Shown: one piece after another, positions 20,581 through 31,210 of the stretch
How the letters are laid out: every line of letters begins with the position of its first letter
Numbering within the stretch: position 1 is the stretch's first letter
Source of the DNA: Trichomonas gallinae
Taxonomy: Eukaryota
Assembly: GCA_008369845.1 (NCBI GenBank)
Contig: MRSU01001415.1
Coordinates: 1-64,000, forward strand
Length of the DNA stretch: 64,000 nucleotides
Direction of reading: 5' to 3'
Notes under the pieces: model-generated
Told to the model about the DNA's origin: nothing
What the model saw: the letters and a program-made list of their open reading frames with translations, nothing else
The model's database searches: none
Position numbers and translations under genes: made by a program

Positions 20581-23500
20581 TTATAGTGATATTGGGACAA
20601 ACATTGAAGATCCATCATCTGAGATGCACATGACGCAGTTTCCGTTTCTGACGACTCTTACAACGCTGTAGCTGCCTTCAAGGACAACTTTGAAGTTCAT
20701 ATCGAATACATCGAACGAAACAACGCTGCCGTTCGCTAAAACAGCGAAAGCAATGTCAGCATCTCTGAACCTTCCGATATCCAGTGAAACAATTCCTGGA
20801 TTGTTCGACTTCTTGATGAAGAATCCGTTAACATTGTAAAGTTGTATGGATTCGTTGTTCAACAGCATAATATTGCCCATTACTGGTGTAATGAAGGCCC
20901 TCTGTGGCTTGTCAACGTCAACAACTTTGTAGAGAGCTTTGTGGCGAATAGAGAAAAGGGACATTTTTGTTTCATCGCATGCAATGAATATGTCGAATTC
21001 CTTTCTTATCGCAGAGCAAACGTAAGGAGTTGTTCCGTGTCTCTGTGCACGCATTATAACGTTATTGTTGTGACCGAACGCGTAGACTTCTCCTTCTGTT
21101 ATTGCTGTGCCGAAATTATTTGTTGAATTCATAGAAATTATTTTGCCGAAAATTGTGAACGAAGTGTTATGATTCGAATTTGTTGCTTCTCTGTATATAA
21201 CTTGCTTCCTGTTCGTGTCAGTGCAGAAGTATGAATGAGGAGTACTTAGTGAATAAGGGGTAGTACCTGTTGAATCTATTTGTGCGAATGTTGGATTGTT
21301 TAGCGGTCCGAAGATTTTATAGAAAACTCCTTTTCTGTCTCTCGCGACACCTTTGACATTGTCTGCGATGAAACCGATGCAGACATCATCGATTAAAACT
21401 GGGCACCTTAGTGGATGTGGAGAGTCAAAGGCGCATTTCAGTGGCATAACTTGACGAGCTGGATGAGGTGATGTGAATAATTGTGGTGGAACTTGACCGA
21501 CGTGTTTCAGCATGATTTCTACTTGTGTTTCAGGCGGGCATTCTTTGTCCTCCCATACATTGGAGTACAAGTAAGGCATGTATATGTTGTTGGCTTTCTC
21601 TGCATTTGGTCCGCGCTGAAGATATCCGAAGACTAAATCAATCCACTTTTCTATCGGTGCTTTTTCCAAAATCTTTCTGTGTTTGTCGACGAATTCGTAA
21701 GGAGTGGATGCCCATGGAGGTAATACTACATCATTTGGTCCTCCGAAATCGAATTTGTTCAAATTCATCAAAAACTCTGGCGCGAAATAGAATTCAGGAG
21801 GAACTTCGAAGAAATCATTTCTCTGTGTCAAAGATATTTCGTGGTTATTTGCAACACTGGCGAATATTCTCATTGGCCTGTCAAACTGTCCGCTTTGGAA
21901 TTTGATGTGAAGTGATGTAAATGGTTCTGTTCTCACCAAAAGAAGGAAAACAGATGGAGCACTGATATGTGTACTCGAATATAAATGAGGAGGTTCTAAA
22001 GATGATGCTCTTGCTTTCAGGAAAACGAGTCTTTCTTCATTCAAAGCTCCAAGTGGTTTTGACATGTCTCTTATCATATCCATGGAAAGTGATGAAATAT
22101 CATAAGGATTCTGACAGTCAACAACAGGCAACTGCTGATCGTTTTCTTCTGTTTTAGAGTTGTTGTTGTCGTCATCATCTTCGAGTTTAGGCATCATCAT
22201 CTCCGGAGATCTTGGAGGTCCGCATAATGGAACCCTGTAGTCTGCCAGTGACCATGGCATTATCGGATACTGGCAGATGTCTAAATTGTTTCTTCCTGCG
22301 AGATTGTTTAAGTGCATTAAATATGAAAAGTTTGAGATTTCGCCTGTAGACCATTTTTGAGTAATGTCGCCGAATGAGATTCCACTGAATGGTGATTTGT
22401 AGATATCTATGTTGCTTGGCACGTGTATTTTAATTGAATCTAAAATATTTGCTGAATTTAAGCCTGGAAATACATAGAAATATGTAGATCCGTCAAGAAG
22501 AATGAACTGCAATGAGTTTAGCTTGTGGAAATGAGTTCTGGGTACTATGCATTTAACGTCTTTTACCAAAAATGCTTTTTCTTTAAATTCTGTTCTAACG
22601 AAGAATATGGAAACTCTAAATTCGAATTCAACTTCTTGTTCTCTTGACTGATTAATATAAATTGCTTTAGATTTGAAAACAATTTCTTCATTTTCGCCAA
22701 TATGCTTGAGATGCACATATTCGAATGTTCTCAGCATGGATGTCGTGAAATATCTCCTTCTGAGTAGTACTGGTGTTGTTTTGAGTTGATCGTTGTATTC
22801 TTGAATTACTCTCTTTTCTTCAGCCAATCTCTGCTTTGATGCTTCATTCTTGTTGCTGTCTCTCTTGAGAGAAGCTTCCGCGTGAACTGTATAATGTTTG
22901 TTTGGCTTGAATCTTACATTTGTCCAATTCGATCCAATAAAGTTGTCTACTTTCTCAAATCCTTGGAGTATTGGTTTAGGATACAAAGAATCGAAGTAAA
23001 ATTCATCTTTTTGCGTTAATTTGAACCATAAAATTTGCCAAAACATCTTAGAAACGAAAGCATTGTTCGTATGATAGCCAATTCTGTTCATAATTGCTGT
23101 TACTGACGCGAAAACTGGGTTTGGATCAATCTTTACTGGAATATCATTTTCTTGACCCGGAATTAAAGCGCTAATGTCTGGAATTGGGGGCTTGAATACT
23201 GAGATTATGTCCATTGACTCGAATCCAATGCGTTTAATAGATATAAAATCAACGTCGATATTAAATCTTCTTCCATTATATACTACAAAGTCTTTGTACG
23301 GCAAAATTTCATTAGAAAACTCTCTAGACATAACGAAAACTAAGTGGTTTCTGACTTTATCTGGCTGGTATCTCATTAAGAAACCTGCAGTTATTAAATC
23401 ATATTTGATTAAACGCGGAGAAAGAATCTTTTGATAGATATCTATGCATTTTGACGCTAAATCTAAGTCAATCCATTTACCTTTTTTGCTAATTCTCAAC

Positions 23501-26500
23501 TTGAAAACCCAATTATTTTCAATATTTTGGAAAAGAATGAATTGGAAGCAAATAGTAAGAAATTCTACTGTTAATTCGTTGGTTTCTTCGAATGAAAGTG
23601 TCTGAATCGTATAATTCAAGAAATCAAAAATATATTTTGGACACATCGAATAAAGCTGCAAAGCTTTGTACGAGATATTGTTTAATCCGTCCTGAAGAAG
23701 AGCTCTGTATAGGTTTGGACGGAATTCCTTTGGAACTTTATCGAGATGTTGAATCAAACTTTCGCAGCTTTCAGAGAAATCAACTGAATTGCTTGTGAAA
23801 AGGATTTGTAAGGCGTTCATATCTATCTTTATTGCCATGTCGATGATCGCTGGAACAAGGGCAGGAATATCTAATCCGATTAACTGTGATAAAAACAATT
23901 TGTTGTTTTCGAACATCGAAAAGTCGAATTTTTCTGCTTGTTTCTTGAAAGAAAATGGGAAAATTCCCCTTTGATGAGCATTTGAGAAAACAATAATCGC
24001 GTGAACAGCCAATTCTATGTCTCCGAAGCGGAAAATATTCTCTATTGCTCTGATTATGTCTGAATATTGCTTCATAATGGCTGAGTCTTCAATAATAAGC
24101 ATTGTTAAATAGTGAAGAAATCTATCAATGTTTTCTCTGTGTGAATATGTGATTGAATATGCGACAATTGACTTTATGACTTGATCCGCGTATTTGGATT
24201 TGCATAATTTCAAAACTATTTGATCTAAATATTCATTTTGTGTTTTTTCCATTGTTATCAAGACGTCGAGATGATCCAGATAACCATGATCGTATAAATC
24301 TTCCCAATACTTGAAAATAATATCATATGATGCTTCAGAATATTTCGAAATCAAAAATGGCGAATTTAACAACTTCACAAACTTTTCTTTGGCACTGTTG
24401 TCTTGAATGCATTCGAACAATCGACATAAAGTCGTAAACAATCCTTCATCAAATAATTTGTTGTTCGCTTTATGAAGAATATGGAATAAAACTTCATGCA
24501 GATTGTTATTTATGAATATATTGACTGCTCTTGGCATATTTGTGAATATTCCACGTAAAATTTCAAGAGTTTGAATCAAAGCAATATTCTTTTCATGCTG
24601 AACTGCAAAAGCAAACAAAGGCATCAAAACTTTGAGTTCGTGGCAGTCAGTTATGACTTCAATGAGCGGATACAAATCGAATTTGTTGGATTTGCTAAAT
24701 TGAATTGTTATTCTGTTGTTTAAGAAGCCTGAACGCGTGTCTGTTTCACTGACTACCTTGTTATGTGTGTTTTTAGTCTCACTTAGCCAAATTCTCGCTG
24801 AAGTTTCATCATGCAAAATATTATATGCAAGCATATAGAAGGATAATGAGTCATTTCCTGTGATTATATGAGCTTTGAAGTTGTTTTCTGTGTTTGTTAT
24901 TCCAACTTTGCCTTCATGTTCTTCGTAATTTGAATTCGCTGTAATTTTTACGAGTAAATAACCTTCGAATGCCTTTAATGTGACAATCAATGGAATACAT
25001 TGGCCTGTTTGAACACGCTGGAAGTGATAAGACTGGTTTTCGCTCATGATAATTAATTCATTATTTTGAGAAATCGATAAAACCAATGTAAACATCTTTC
25101 CTTCGATAGTAAACAAAGGTGTCTGTATGAATGAATCTGTTTTCTCTATGAAAATCCAAAAAGCAAAAGTAATTCCCAAATTCAACACATTTAAGTCCAA
25201 TCCATTGATATGAATGTATGTAGGACCAACAGTCAACGGACAAGAAAGTCTGTCGTATTCGAGAAGCTTAGAGAATCTTTGTATGTATTCGTAGTAGTTT
25301 TCTTTTTGGTAAATTTCGCGATTTCCTAAATAGTTAAAGACAAGCCTTGAAAATTCGATTGTTGAATTGAGCTGTGCTATTTTAGCAAGTGAATCAATGT
25401 ATTCATCTGATTCCATGCAGCGAGCATAAAGTAATGAATCTAATCCTTCTCTAGAAACCATTATTCTGTTGTAAATCGATTCATTAATGCATTTGAGAAC
25501 GAAAGGAAACTCATCTTCGTCTTCAAGAAGAGTTTCGACTAGGAATAATCGTTTAATTTGCGAAAAATCATCAGGATGAGAAGAAGCGAAAATGAAGTTT
25601 TTCAATGCGAAAAAATCCTCATGGGAAGCTTTTATACTTAATTCTTTCGTTGCATATTTGTATAAAAAATCTTTTTCGAAATCTCGAACTTCTCTTTCAT
25701 ATATTTTAGATGCGAGAAGCGAACAGTCTTTTCTGGCTGTCAACTCCATCGAATGTAGTAAATGTGTGCAGCTTTCTTTGAGTTTTGTCGGATTTGATTC
25801 GAGAAAATTGAAAATTGTTGAATAAACAGATGTAATTGAATCATTTTCGAGTTTGAGATGTTTCTGTAGGAATTTTATTGATCCAGGAGCCAATGGATCG
25901 TTTTCAATGTAAAATAAAATGCTTTCTATTCCATCTTTGTCCAAATTGACCTTAGAGAAGTATCTTATTACCTGAAAATTCGACGCTGTTACAACATCAT
26001 AGTGAAATTCGTCGAAAGATTTAATCAAATCTCCAGAAAACGTCTGATTCTCAAGTTTATCGCGTAGAAAGCTTAGCTTTTGCGAGGAAATTAAGAAAAC
26101 GAACAGTAAATAGAAATATCTCTTGAAATTAGCGAAAATCGAATCATGGCAATTTAACTTGAGTTTGTCGTAGATGAAGAATGCAATGTTTGACTTCTGG
26201 TCAAATGTAGTATTTGAGTCCAGCAAGCCAAGTGATGTCACGAAAAGAAGATAAAACAAAAGATTTGATCTCGATTCAACTTCTGGATATTGATTAATGA
26301 GATCTGCTATATTCATGAAGTTCTGCGGCCAGTACAGATCCGAATATAGTAGATTTTTCGATTTTTTATTGTTCATTAAGTTTATTTGTTGAAGAATATA
26401 ATCAAGATCAACATTTTGATCAAAAAAGAAGCTAAAAACGTATGAATTTTTCGCTGTTGGCTTAAACTTAGAGGTGTGCGGAACTATAAGCTTAAGTGCC

Positions 26501-26520
26501 TCATAAAAAACATCATCCAT
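20581..26520 (-). CDS. Beige/BEACH domain protein (ConA-like, PH, BEACH, WD40-like)
   Basis: Canonical BEACH motifs: WSTGEISNFSYLMHLNNLAGR, QYPIMPW, RDMSKPLGAL, LVRTEPF, QSGQFD, PPEFY, VVLPPWA, WIDLVFG, GQVPPQLF. Likely start is MDDVFY at 26520, directly after an Inr. Confidence 0.92.
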   Translation of the reverse strand: MDDVFYEALKLIVPHTSKFKPTAKNSYVFSFFFDQNVDLDYILQQINLMNNKKSKNLLYSDLYWPQNFMNIADLINQYPEVESRSNLLFYLLFVTSLGLLDSNTTFDQKSNIAFFIYDKLKLNCHDSIFANFKRYFYLLFVFLISSQKLSFLRDKLENQTFSGDLIKSFDEFHYDVVTASNFQVIRYFSKVNLDKDGIESILFYIENDPLAPGSIKFLQKHLKLENDSITSVYSTIFNFLESNPTKLKESCTHLLHSMELTARKDCSLLASKIYEREVRDFEKDFLYKYATKELSIKASHEDFFALKNFIFASSHPDDFSQIKRLFLVETLLEDEDEFPFVLKCINESIYNRIMVSREGLDSLLYARCMESDEYIDSLAKIAQLNSTIEFSRLVFNYLGNREIYQKENYYEYIQRFSKLLEYDRLSCPLTVGPTYIHINGLDLNVLNLGITFAFWIFIEKTDSFIQTPLFTIEGKMFTLVLSISQNNELIIMSENQSYHFQRVQTGQCIPLIVTLKAFEGYLLVKITANSNYEEHEGKVGITNTENNFKAHIITGNDSLSFYMLAYNILHDETSARIWLSETKNTHNKVVSETDTRSGFLNNRITIQFSKSNKFDLYPLIEVITDCHELKVLMPLFAFAVQHEKNIALIQTLEILRGIFTNMPRAVNIFINNNLHEVLFHILHKANNKLFDEGLFTTLCRLFECIQDNSAKEKFVKLLNSPFLISKYSEASYDIIFKYWEDLYDHGYLDHLDVLITMEKTQNEYLDQIVLKLCKSKYADQVIKSIVAYSITYSHRENIDRFLHYLTMLIIEDSAIMKQYSDIIRAIENIFRFGDIELAVHAIIVFSNAHQRGIFPFSFKKQAEKFDFSMFENNKLFLSQLIGLDIPALVPAIIDMAIKIDMNALQILFTSNSVDFSESCESLIQHLDKVPKEFRPNLYRALLQDGLNNISYKALQLYSMCPKYIFDFLNYTIQTLSFEETNELTVEFLTICFQFILFQNIENNWVFKLRISKKGKWIDLDLASKCIDIYQKILSPRLIKYDLITAGFLMRYQPDKVRNHLVFVMSREFSNEILPYKDFVVYNGRRFNIDVDFISIKRIGFESMDIISVFKPPIPDISALIPGQENDIPVKIDPNPVFASVTAIMNRIGYHTNNAFVSKMFWQILWFKLTQKDEFYFDSLYPKPILQGFEKVDNFIGSNWTNVRFKPNKHYTVHAEASLKRDSNKNEASKQRLAEEKRVIQEYNDQLKTTPVLLRRRYFTTSMLRTFEYVHLKHIGENEEIVFKSKAIYINQSREQEVEFEFRVSIFFVRTEFKEKAFLVKDVKCIVPRTHFHKLNSLQFILLDGSTYFYVFPGLNSANILDSIKIHVPSNIDIYKSPFSGISFGDITQKWSTGEISNFSYLMHLNNLAGRNNLDICQYPIMPWSLADYRVPLCGPPRSPEMMMPKLEDDDDNNNSKTEENDQQLPVVDCQNPYDISSLSMDMIRDMSKPLGALNEERLVFLKARASSLEPPHLYSSTHISAPSVFLLLVRTEPFTSLHIKFQSGQFDRPMRIFASVANNHEISLTQRNDFFEVPPEFYFAPEFLMNLNKFDFGGPNDVVLPPWASTPYEFVDKHRKILEKAPIEKWIDLVFGYLQRGPNAEKANNIYMPYLYSNVWEDKECPPETQVEIMLKHVGQVPPQLFTSPHPARQVMPLKCAFDSPHPLRCPVLIDDVCIGFIADNVKGVARDRKGVFYKIFGPLNNPTFAQIDSTGTTPYSLSTPHSYFCTDTNRKQVIYREATNSNHNTSFTIFGKIISMNSTNNFGTAITEGEVYAFGHNNNVIMRAQRHGTTPYVCSAIRKEFDIFIACDETKMSLFSIRHKALYKVVDVDKPQRAFITPVMGNIMLLNNESIQLYNVNGFFIKKSNNPGIVSLDIGRFRDADIAFAVLANGSVVSFDVFDMNFKVVLEGSYSVVRVVRNGNCVMCISDDGSSMFVPISL

Positions 26521-26532
26521 TCTAACTTGAAA

Positions 26533-26537
26533 AGTGA
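26533..26537 (-). promoter_or_regulatory. Initiator TCACT of the BEACH gene
   Basis: GTCACTTTT lies about 12 nt upstream of the ATG at 26520. Confidence 0.6.
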
Positions 26538-27239
26538 CACTTGATTTTTTCTGATTTTTAATATTGTCAATGAAAAAGCCACACTTCAGATGCATTTTAT
26601 GCTTTTATTGTGATTTTTGGAGAGATTTATCATGTTTAAGTCTACTTATGGCAAGTTTTGAAATATTTTTCAATAAGACTCATTTGTAATGTACTGAATA
26701 AACATGCGCCTATCTTTCTATGCGCTATACTGAGTCATTATTTTAATTATTGAGTTTCGTTTTTTAATTATAAATCAGTTCTATTTTAAAATGAGTTTGA
26801 AGGTCTTTTAAGTTTTGTAATCAACTCACCTTGAGTCACATGGACTATATTTAGATTATGAACTCAAATTAAACATAATTTAAATTTGAAATTTCGGTTT
26901 TTCAAAGTTAACCAACTCATAACCATGAATGCTTCTAAAAATTCCAATTGTAAAGTCCTGCAATGTTTTACACAAATCTAAAATGATTCATGATGAGATG
27001 AAAGAAAAGAGTGGGAAACAAGTTATAAATGATAAGTGTAATGCTTCATATTAAAGAACATTGTTATTGTATTATTGAAACAAGTTAAAATAAGATAATT
27101 TTGTTCTAAAATTGAATATTTTAGCGATAAAAACGTGAGATATGAAATCAAAAATTGATTTTTTGGAAGGTATAGTCATTAAATAACATATATTTGTGCA
27201 TTTGAGTCTGGAAATCCAAAAAAATAATCGTTTAGAACA

Positions 27240-27247
27240 AAAGTGAC
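27240..27247 (+). promoter_or_regulatory. AAAGTGAC (trichomonad motif-2-like) element
   Basis: Exact AAAGTGAC 7 nt before ATG 27255. The same 8-mer occurs upstream of other genes at 44162, 47282, 51329 and (minus strand) 35155-35162. Confidence 0.5.
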
Positions 27248-27254
27248 AATATTC

Positions 27255-27851
27255 ATGTTAGTCAATAATAGAGAACTAGGATTCAACGACGAAAGTGAGT
27301 TTTCAGCTGTCCAGAACCATCCAGTACTTTCTTACTTCGTGCTGCAAATACTTCCAATCTTCTTTTACTTTTGCCCCCATATTCGATATTTCGATTTCGA
27401 TTTTTCTTATTTAATTTTCTCAATCCTTGAAATCATCGAATTCATTATCGTCAAAAATCAAATTGGCTTCGAATTAATAGGTATTAATTGGTTCATTGAC
27501 CCGAATTCGGACGAAATAATTCAATTTTCAAACAGACAGGCTCCATACGTTCCAAAAGTTAACGAATCCAACATATTCTGGATCTCCTTCTTTGTTGAAA
27601 TTGCGCTTTGGATTATGGGTACAATTGGCTCAATCGCACAAAGGTCTCTTTCAGGGTTTTTAATCAGCGTTCTTGTTACTGCCATGTACTTAACCAATCT
27701 CTTAATCTTTATGAAAGGACAATCAAAGACACAGAAAGCTGTAAATGATTTTGCACGAAATGCTATTTTAACAGAATCAGTAGAATTCGCACAAGTTCAG
27801 GAACATGATGAAGAGATCGAATCTAATGAGGAAACAGAAGAAACTGCATAA
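27255..27851 (+). CDS. TVP23: TVP23/FAM18-like Golgi membrane protein
   Basis: NHPVLSYF...IIVKNQIGFELIGINWFID...ESNIFWISF parallels TVP23 HPV..FH...VKN.TGR.LVGLRWW...ES..FW. It has 3-4 hydrophobic helices. First ATG at 27255. Confidence 0.65.
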   Translation: MLVNNRELGFNDESEFSAVQNHPVLSYFVLQILPIFFYFCPHIRYFDFDFSYLIFSILEIIEFIIVKNQIGFELIGINWFIDPNSDEIIQFSNRQAPYVPKVNESNIFWISFFVEIALWIMGTIGSIAQRSLSGFLISVLVTAMYLTNLLIFMKGQSKTQKAVNDFARNAILTESVEFAQVQEHDEEIESNEETEETA

Positions 27852-28170
27852 TTTTATTTAGATCATGAAATATATAAGAATTATCCAACAACATGCGCAT
27901 ATATAGTAATATTACCGCTGATACTTGTTAATGAAAGCTAATTTGTTGAATTTATTTCAAAAAAATATTGCAAGTAATACTTTAATTTAACTATTGAATC
28001 TCTTATATCAGTGAAAAAGCAAAAATATCATGTTAAAATCAATATATAGCGATGAAAATATTTTGTTTGATAAGGAAGTAAGTAATTTAAACTTTGTGTA
28101 TCAATATTTGTTATATAAAACAATTGTTTTCTATAATACTAGTATAAATTTACAAACAAAATAAAAAAAA

Positions 28171-31062
28171 TTAATCAGATGATAAATCAAAATCACTTGA
28201 GGATCCAAAAGCCAGTTTAAGTTGACTATTTGGAGGCTTAGATTGTGTTTTTCTACCAAGCATCTCGTTAATTGACATTTTTGTACGTGCGCGAGTATCA
28301 TTTTGAGATGAGCTTGATTCAACAATAAAATTATTATCATCTGATTCATTATAATCGTATTCTGACTGACTATCAGTCGAATCGAACTTCTGCGTGACTC
28401 TTTGCGAAACATATTTCTCAATATTGATTCCTTTTGCATTTTCAAATCGTTCTTCTGCTGCATTCGGTTTTTCAGCTGCACATAAAATCTCTTCGTCGTC
28501 ACTTTCGATAAAATCTGATGATTCATCAATAAAAAAGCCATCGTTGTCGCTGCTTGACTCCTTTTTGCTCTCCATGTTCGCCATCTTGTCTATTTGTGAT
28601 GCAGTATAGATCCTAAAAACTTCATCAGGAGGAGTTGTATCAGATGACGAATCTTCTATAAACGTTTGGCGATTTCCTGTTTCGTCTTGTTTTGCAACGA
28701 TTGGTCCTTCGTCATTTAAAGCAGTTTCTTCTTGTTGAATTCCATTATTTGATGAATTTGATAATATTTTTGCCTGACTTTCATTATATTCTTTTCTAAT
28801 CGATGAAACATCTGCCCTGTAGTGTGGGCTTCCTAAATCTTCTTGTTTTTCTAGTCTTTCCGCTAGCAAATCAGGATCAATTGTTCTAACTTCTTGATTT
28901 GGCTTTTTTACAAAGATTTCATCATCTGATGATGTTGACGATGAAGAATCTAGTTTAAATCCAAATATTAACTCGCTCAACTCTTTCTTTTGGGGCGGAG
29001 TTTCTGGAATTATTTCGTGTTGTGAAATTTCGATTGGAAATGATCCTTTTAACTGATAAGGTGATGGTGGAGGAGGTGGCGTAGACGATGTTTCCCGTTG
29101 TGATGATGTTGTGGAAGTTGAATCTGAAATTCGATAAAACAAATTCTGCGATTGTGATGCTATTTTATATTCGAATATCATAGATGATATCCTAGAGAAT
29201 AAATTTGTCTCATTGCTATGATTAATCAAGTTAGTAACACCTAATGAACTTTGTAATTCAACGTGTGATGTTAAACCAGGAGCTCTGTAGATAAGATCAG
29301 GCCCATGGCGTTGATTAAGTTCAGATAATTCATCATTTGTCAATGTTTTCCTTTTAGAATTTGTCTTCGTTGATTTTCTTTCTTCGACTTCATCGTCCCT
29401 TTGATCTGTTGTTCTTTCTATTATATCCAACTCGAATGGATTCATAACAGGCGAACCTTTATAGAACACGAAGTCCTTCATCTGTTTGCGCAGTAAAGTA
29501 CATATCTGGGATGTAGCGTGCGAAGAATCAGCTGACAAATTTTTTTGGTTGTCGCTCAGCAAAAATATAACTTTTCCGTCCCTTTTTCTTCCAGTTCTTC
29601 CCATCCTCTGTATTGTCCTCGTCATGGATTTTTGGATATCATAGCAGATGATCATGTCCACTTCTCCTATATCTAGGCCTTCCTCGCCTATGGCTGTCGC
29701 AACGAGAACATTGTAGATTCCTTTCTTGAAGCTCTGTATTAAATTTACTTGTCTGTTTTGATTTAATCCTTTCATTCCATTCGAGTTTGATTGGCCGATG
29801 AACTCAGACACTTTAACTATAGGGTTCGCTGATAACGCTGTGACGATATCTTGCACGATATTCCTGAAATTGCAGAAAACAATTATCCGAGAATCATCCG
29901 TCGATGATAAAAAGTCGACAACAATTTCGCAGAGTTTCTCCATCTTAGGATCTGTCTGCGGCTGCTTTGTCGCTGCTGTGACAATTGGCTGGAGCTCAGC
30001 TATTAGCTCCGAGTCCTTGTTCCCTGGATCTCTGAATAGTTCTGTTGCTTCATTGATAAAAGATTTGATCGAATAATTTTGCAAATATTCGCGAAATTTT
30101 AAAAGTTTCAGTGTAGATATCATTACTCCGACTCCTTCGTTTGCGTTTCTGTTTTTCATGAGTAATCCTATCTGCCCTTTCGTTGTTCGCGTTGGATCTG
30201 TGTGAGGAACTAAATTATCTTTTGATAATACCTGAAGATATCTTTTAATAACAGTATTCAGTCTTGCTACAAGTTCATCGACACCGGGAGCATTGGGAAC
30301 AACAATTGATTCGATATCTCTCGTTTTTACATATTGTTTAAAATCTGCATCATCGCGAAATTGAATATTTGATATGTATAAACCGTATATTACATCTTGT
30401 ATGATGTCTTTATCACTACCAGGAGTCGCACTGAGACCTACAACCCTGAAAAAATTTGTATATTCTGCAATTCCAGCGACAACCTTGCAATATGAGTGGT
30501 CACCTGTTGCATGATGAGCTTCATCAATAACAACAAGAACAATTGAGCTGGCTGGGCATGTTCCTTTCTCAAGATCTCTTTGCACTGTTTGTGGTGTTGC
30601 AAAAATGATTCTTGCTTTGTTCCATAAGTCTGGGCGTACTTTAGGATCAACAGATCCGGTGAGTTCTATGATATCTGATTTGTCTACACGTAAAATATCG
30701 CGAATTCCACTCATTTGTTGTGTAACAAGCGGTCTTGATGTAGCGAGGAATAGTATTTTTCCTTTAGGAAACCATCTGTAGAAGTTTAAAATGACCATTG
30801 CCGAGATAAAAGTTTTTCCTAATCCAGTTGGAATGACAACCAACGTATTTTCCTTCACTGCTGCTAATGATATGTCGAATTGATAGTCTCTCTTTGAGAA
30901 ATTCGTAATATATAAGAAGCTTTTGGCCATATGCATATCTAATTCTGGGTATGCAAGGCCTGGGAACCTTTTCTTTTCCACAGGAGGAAAATTTTCTTTG
31001 TGTACAATAGGTTGTGGTATAAATTTTTGTGGGTACCCTGGATTTCCACGATGATAAATCAT
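28171..31062 (-). CDS. FANCM: FANCM/Mph1-like DEAH-box DNA helicase
   Basis: RDYQF, IPTGLGKT, TPQT, VIDEAHHA, GLSATPG, HPK-like DPKMEKL, EFIGQ, ATAIGEEGLDIGEVDMIICYD, IQRMGRTGRKRDG. The long Ser/acidic tail has no ERCC4 domain. Start MIYHRG at 31062 was chosen because it follows an Inr. Confidence 0.9.
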   Translation of the reverse strand: MIYHRGNPGYPQKFIPQPIVHKENFPPVEKKRFPGLAYPELDMHMAKSFLYITNFSKRDYQFDISLAAVKENTLVVIPTGLGKTFISAMVILNFYRWFPKGKILFLATSRPLVTQQMSGIRDILRVDKSDIIELTGSVDPKVRPDLWNKARIIFATPQTVQRDLEKGTCPASSIVLVVIDEAHHATGDHSYCKVVAGIAEYTNFFRVVGLSATPGSDKDIIQDVIYGLYISNIQFRDDADFKQYVKTRDIESIVVPNAPGVDELVARLNTVIKRYLQVLSKDNLVPHTDPTRTTKGQIGLLMKNRNANEGVGVMISTLKLLKFREYLQNYSIKSFINEATELFRDPGNKDSELIAELQPIVTAATKQPQTDPKMEKLCEIVVDFLSSTDDSRIIVFCNFRNIVQDIVTALSANPIVKVSEFIGQSNSNGMKGLNQNRQVNLIQSFKKGIYNVLVATAIGEEGLDIGEVDMIICYDIQKSMTRTIQRMGRTGRKRDGKVIFLLSDNQKNLSADSSHATSQICTLLRKQMKDFVFYKGSPVMNPFELDIIERTTDQRDDEVEERKSTKTNSKRKTLTNDELSELNQRHGPDLIYRAPGLTSHVELQSSLGVTNLINHSNETNLFSRISSMIFEYKIASQSQNLFYRISDSTSTTSSQRETSSTPPPPPSPYQLKGSFPIEISQHEIIPETPPQKKELSELIFGFKLDSSSSTSSDDEIFVKKPNQEVRTIDPDLLAERLEKQEDLGSPHYRADVSSIRKEYNESQAKILSNSSNNGIQQEETALNDEGPIVAKQDETGNRQTFIEDSSSDTTPPDEVFRIYTASQIDKMANMESKKESSSDNDGFFIDESSDFIESDDEEILCAAEKPNAAEERFENAKGINIEKYVSQRVTQKFDSTDSQSEYDYNESDDNNFIVESSSSQNDTRARTKMSINEMLGRKTQSKPPNSQLKLAFGSSSDFDLSSD

Positions 31063-31088
31063 AGGGTACCCTAAAAACTTTCCCAAAA

Positions 31089-31093
31089 AATGA
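31089..31093 (-). promoter_or_regulatory. Initiator TCATT of the FANCM-like gene
   Basis: TCATTTTTT lies about 26 nt upstream of ATG 31062. Confidence 0.5.
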
Positions 31094-31210
31094 TAAAATT
31101 TACCAAAGTCAAATGCACATATTATTATGGTCATATTTCTTGGATAACACAATATATTTGAATTTTTGACATTTTTTTACAATTATTTACATGTCAAATA
31201 ATAAAATCTC

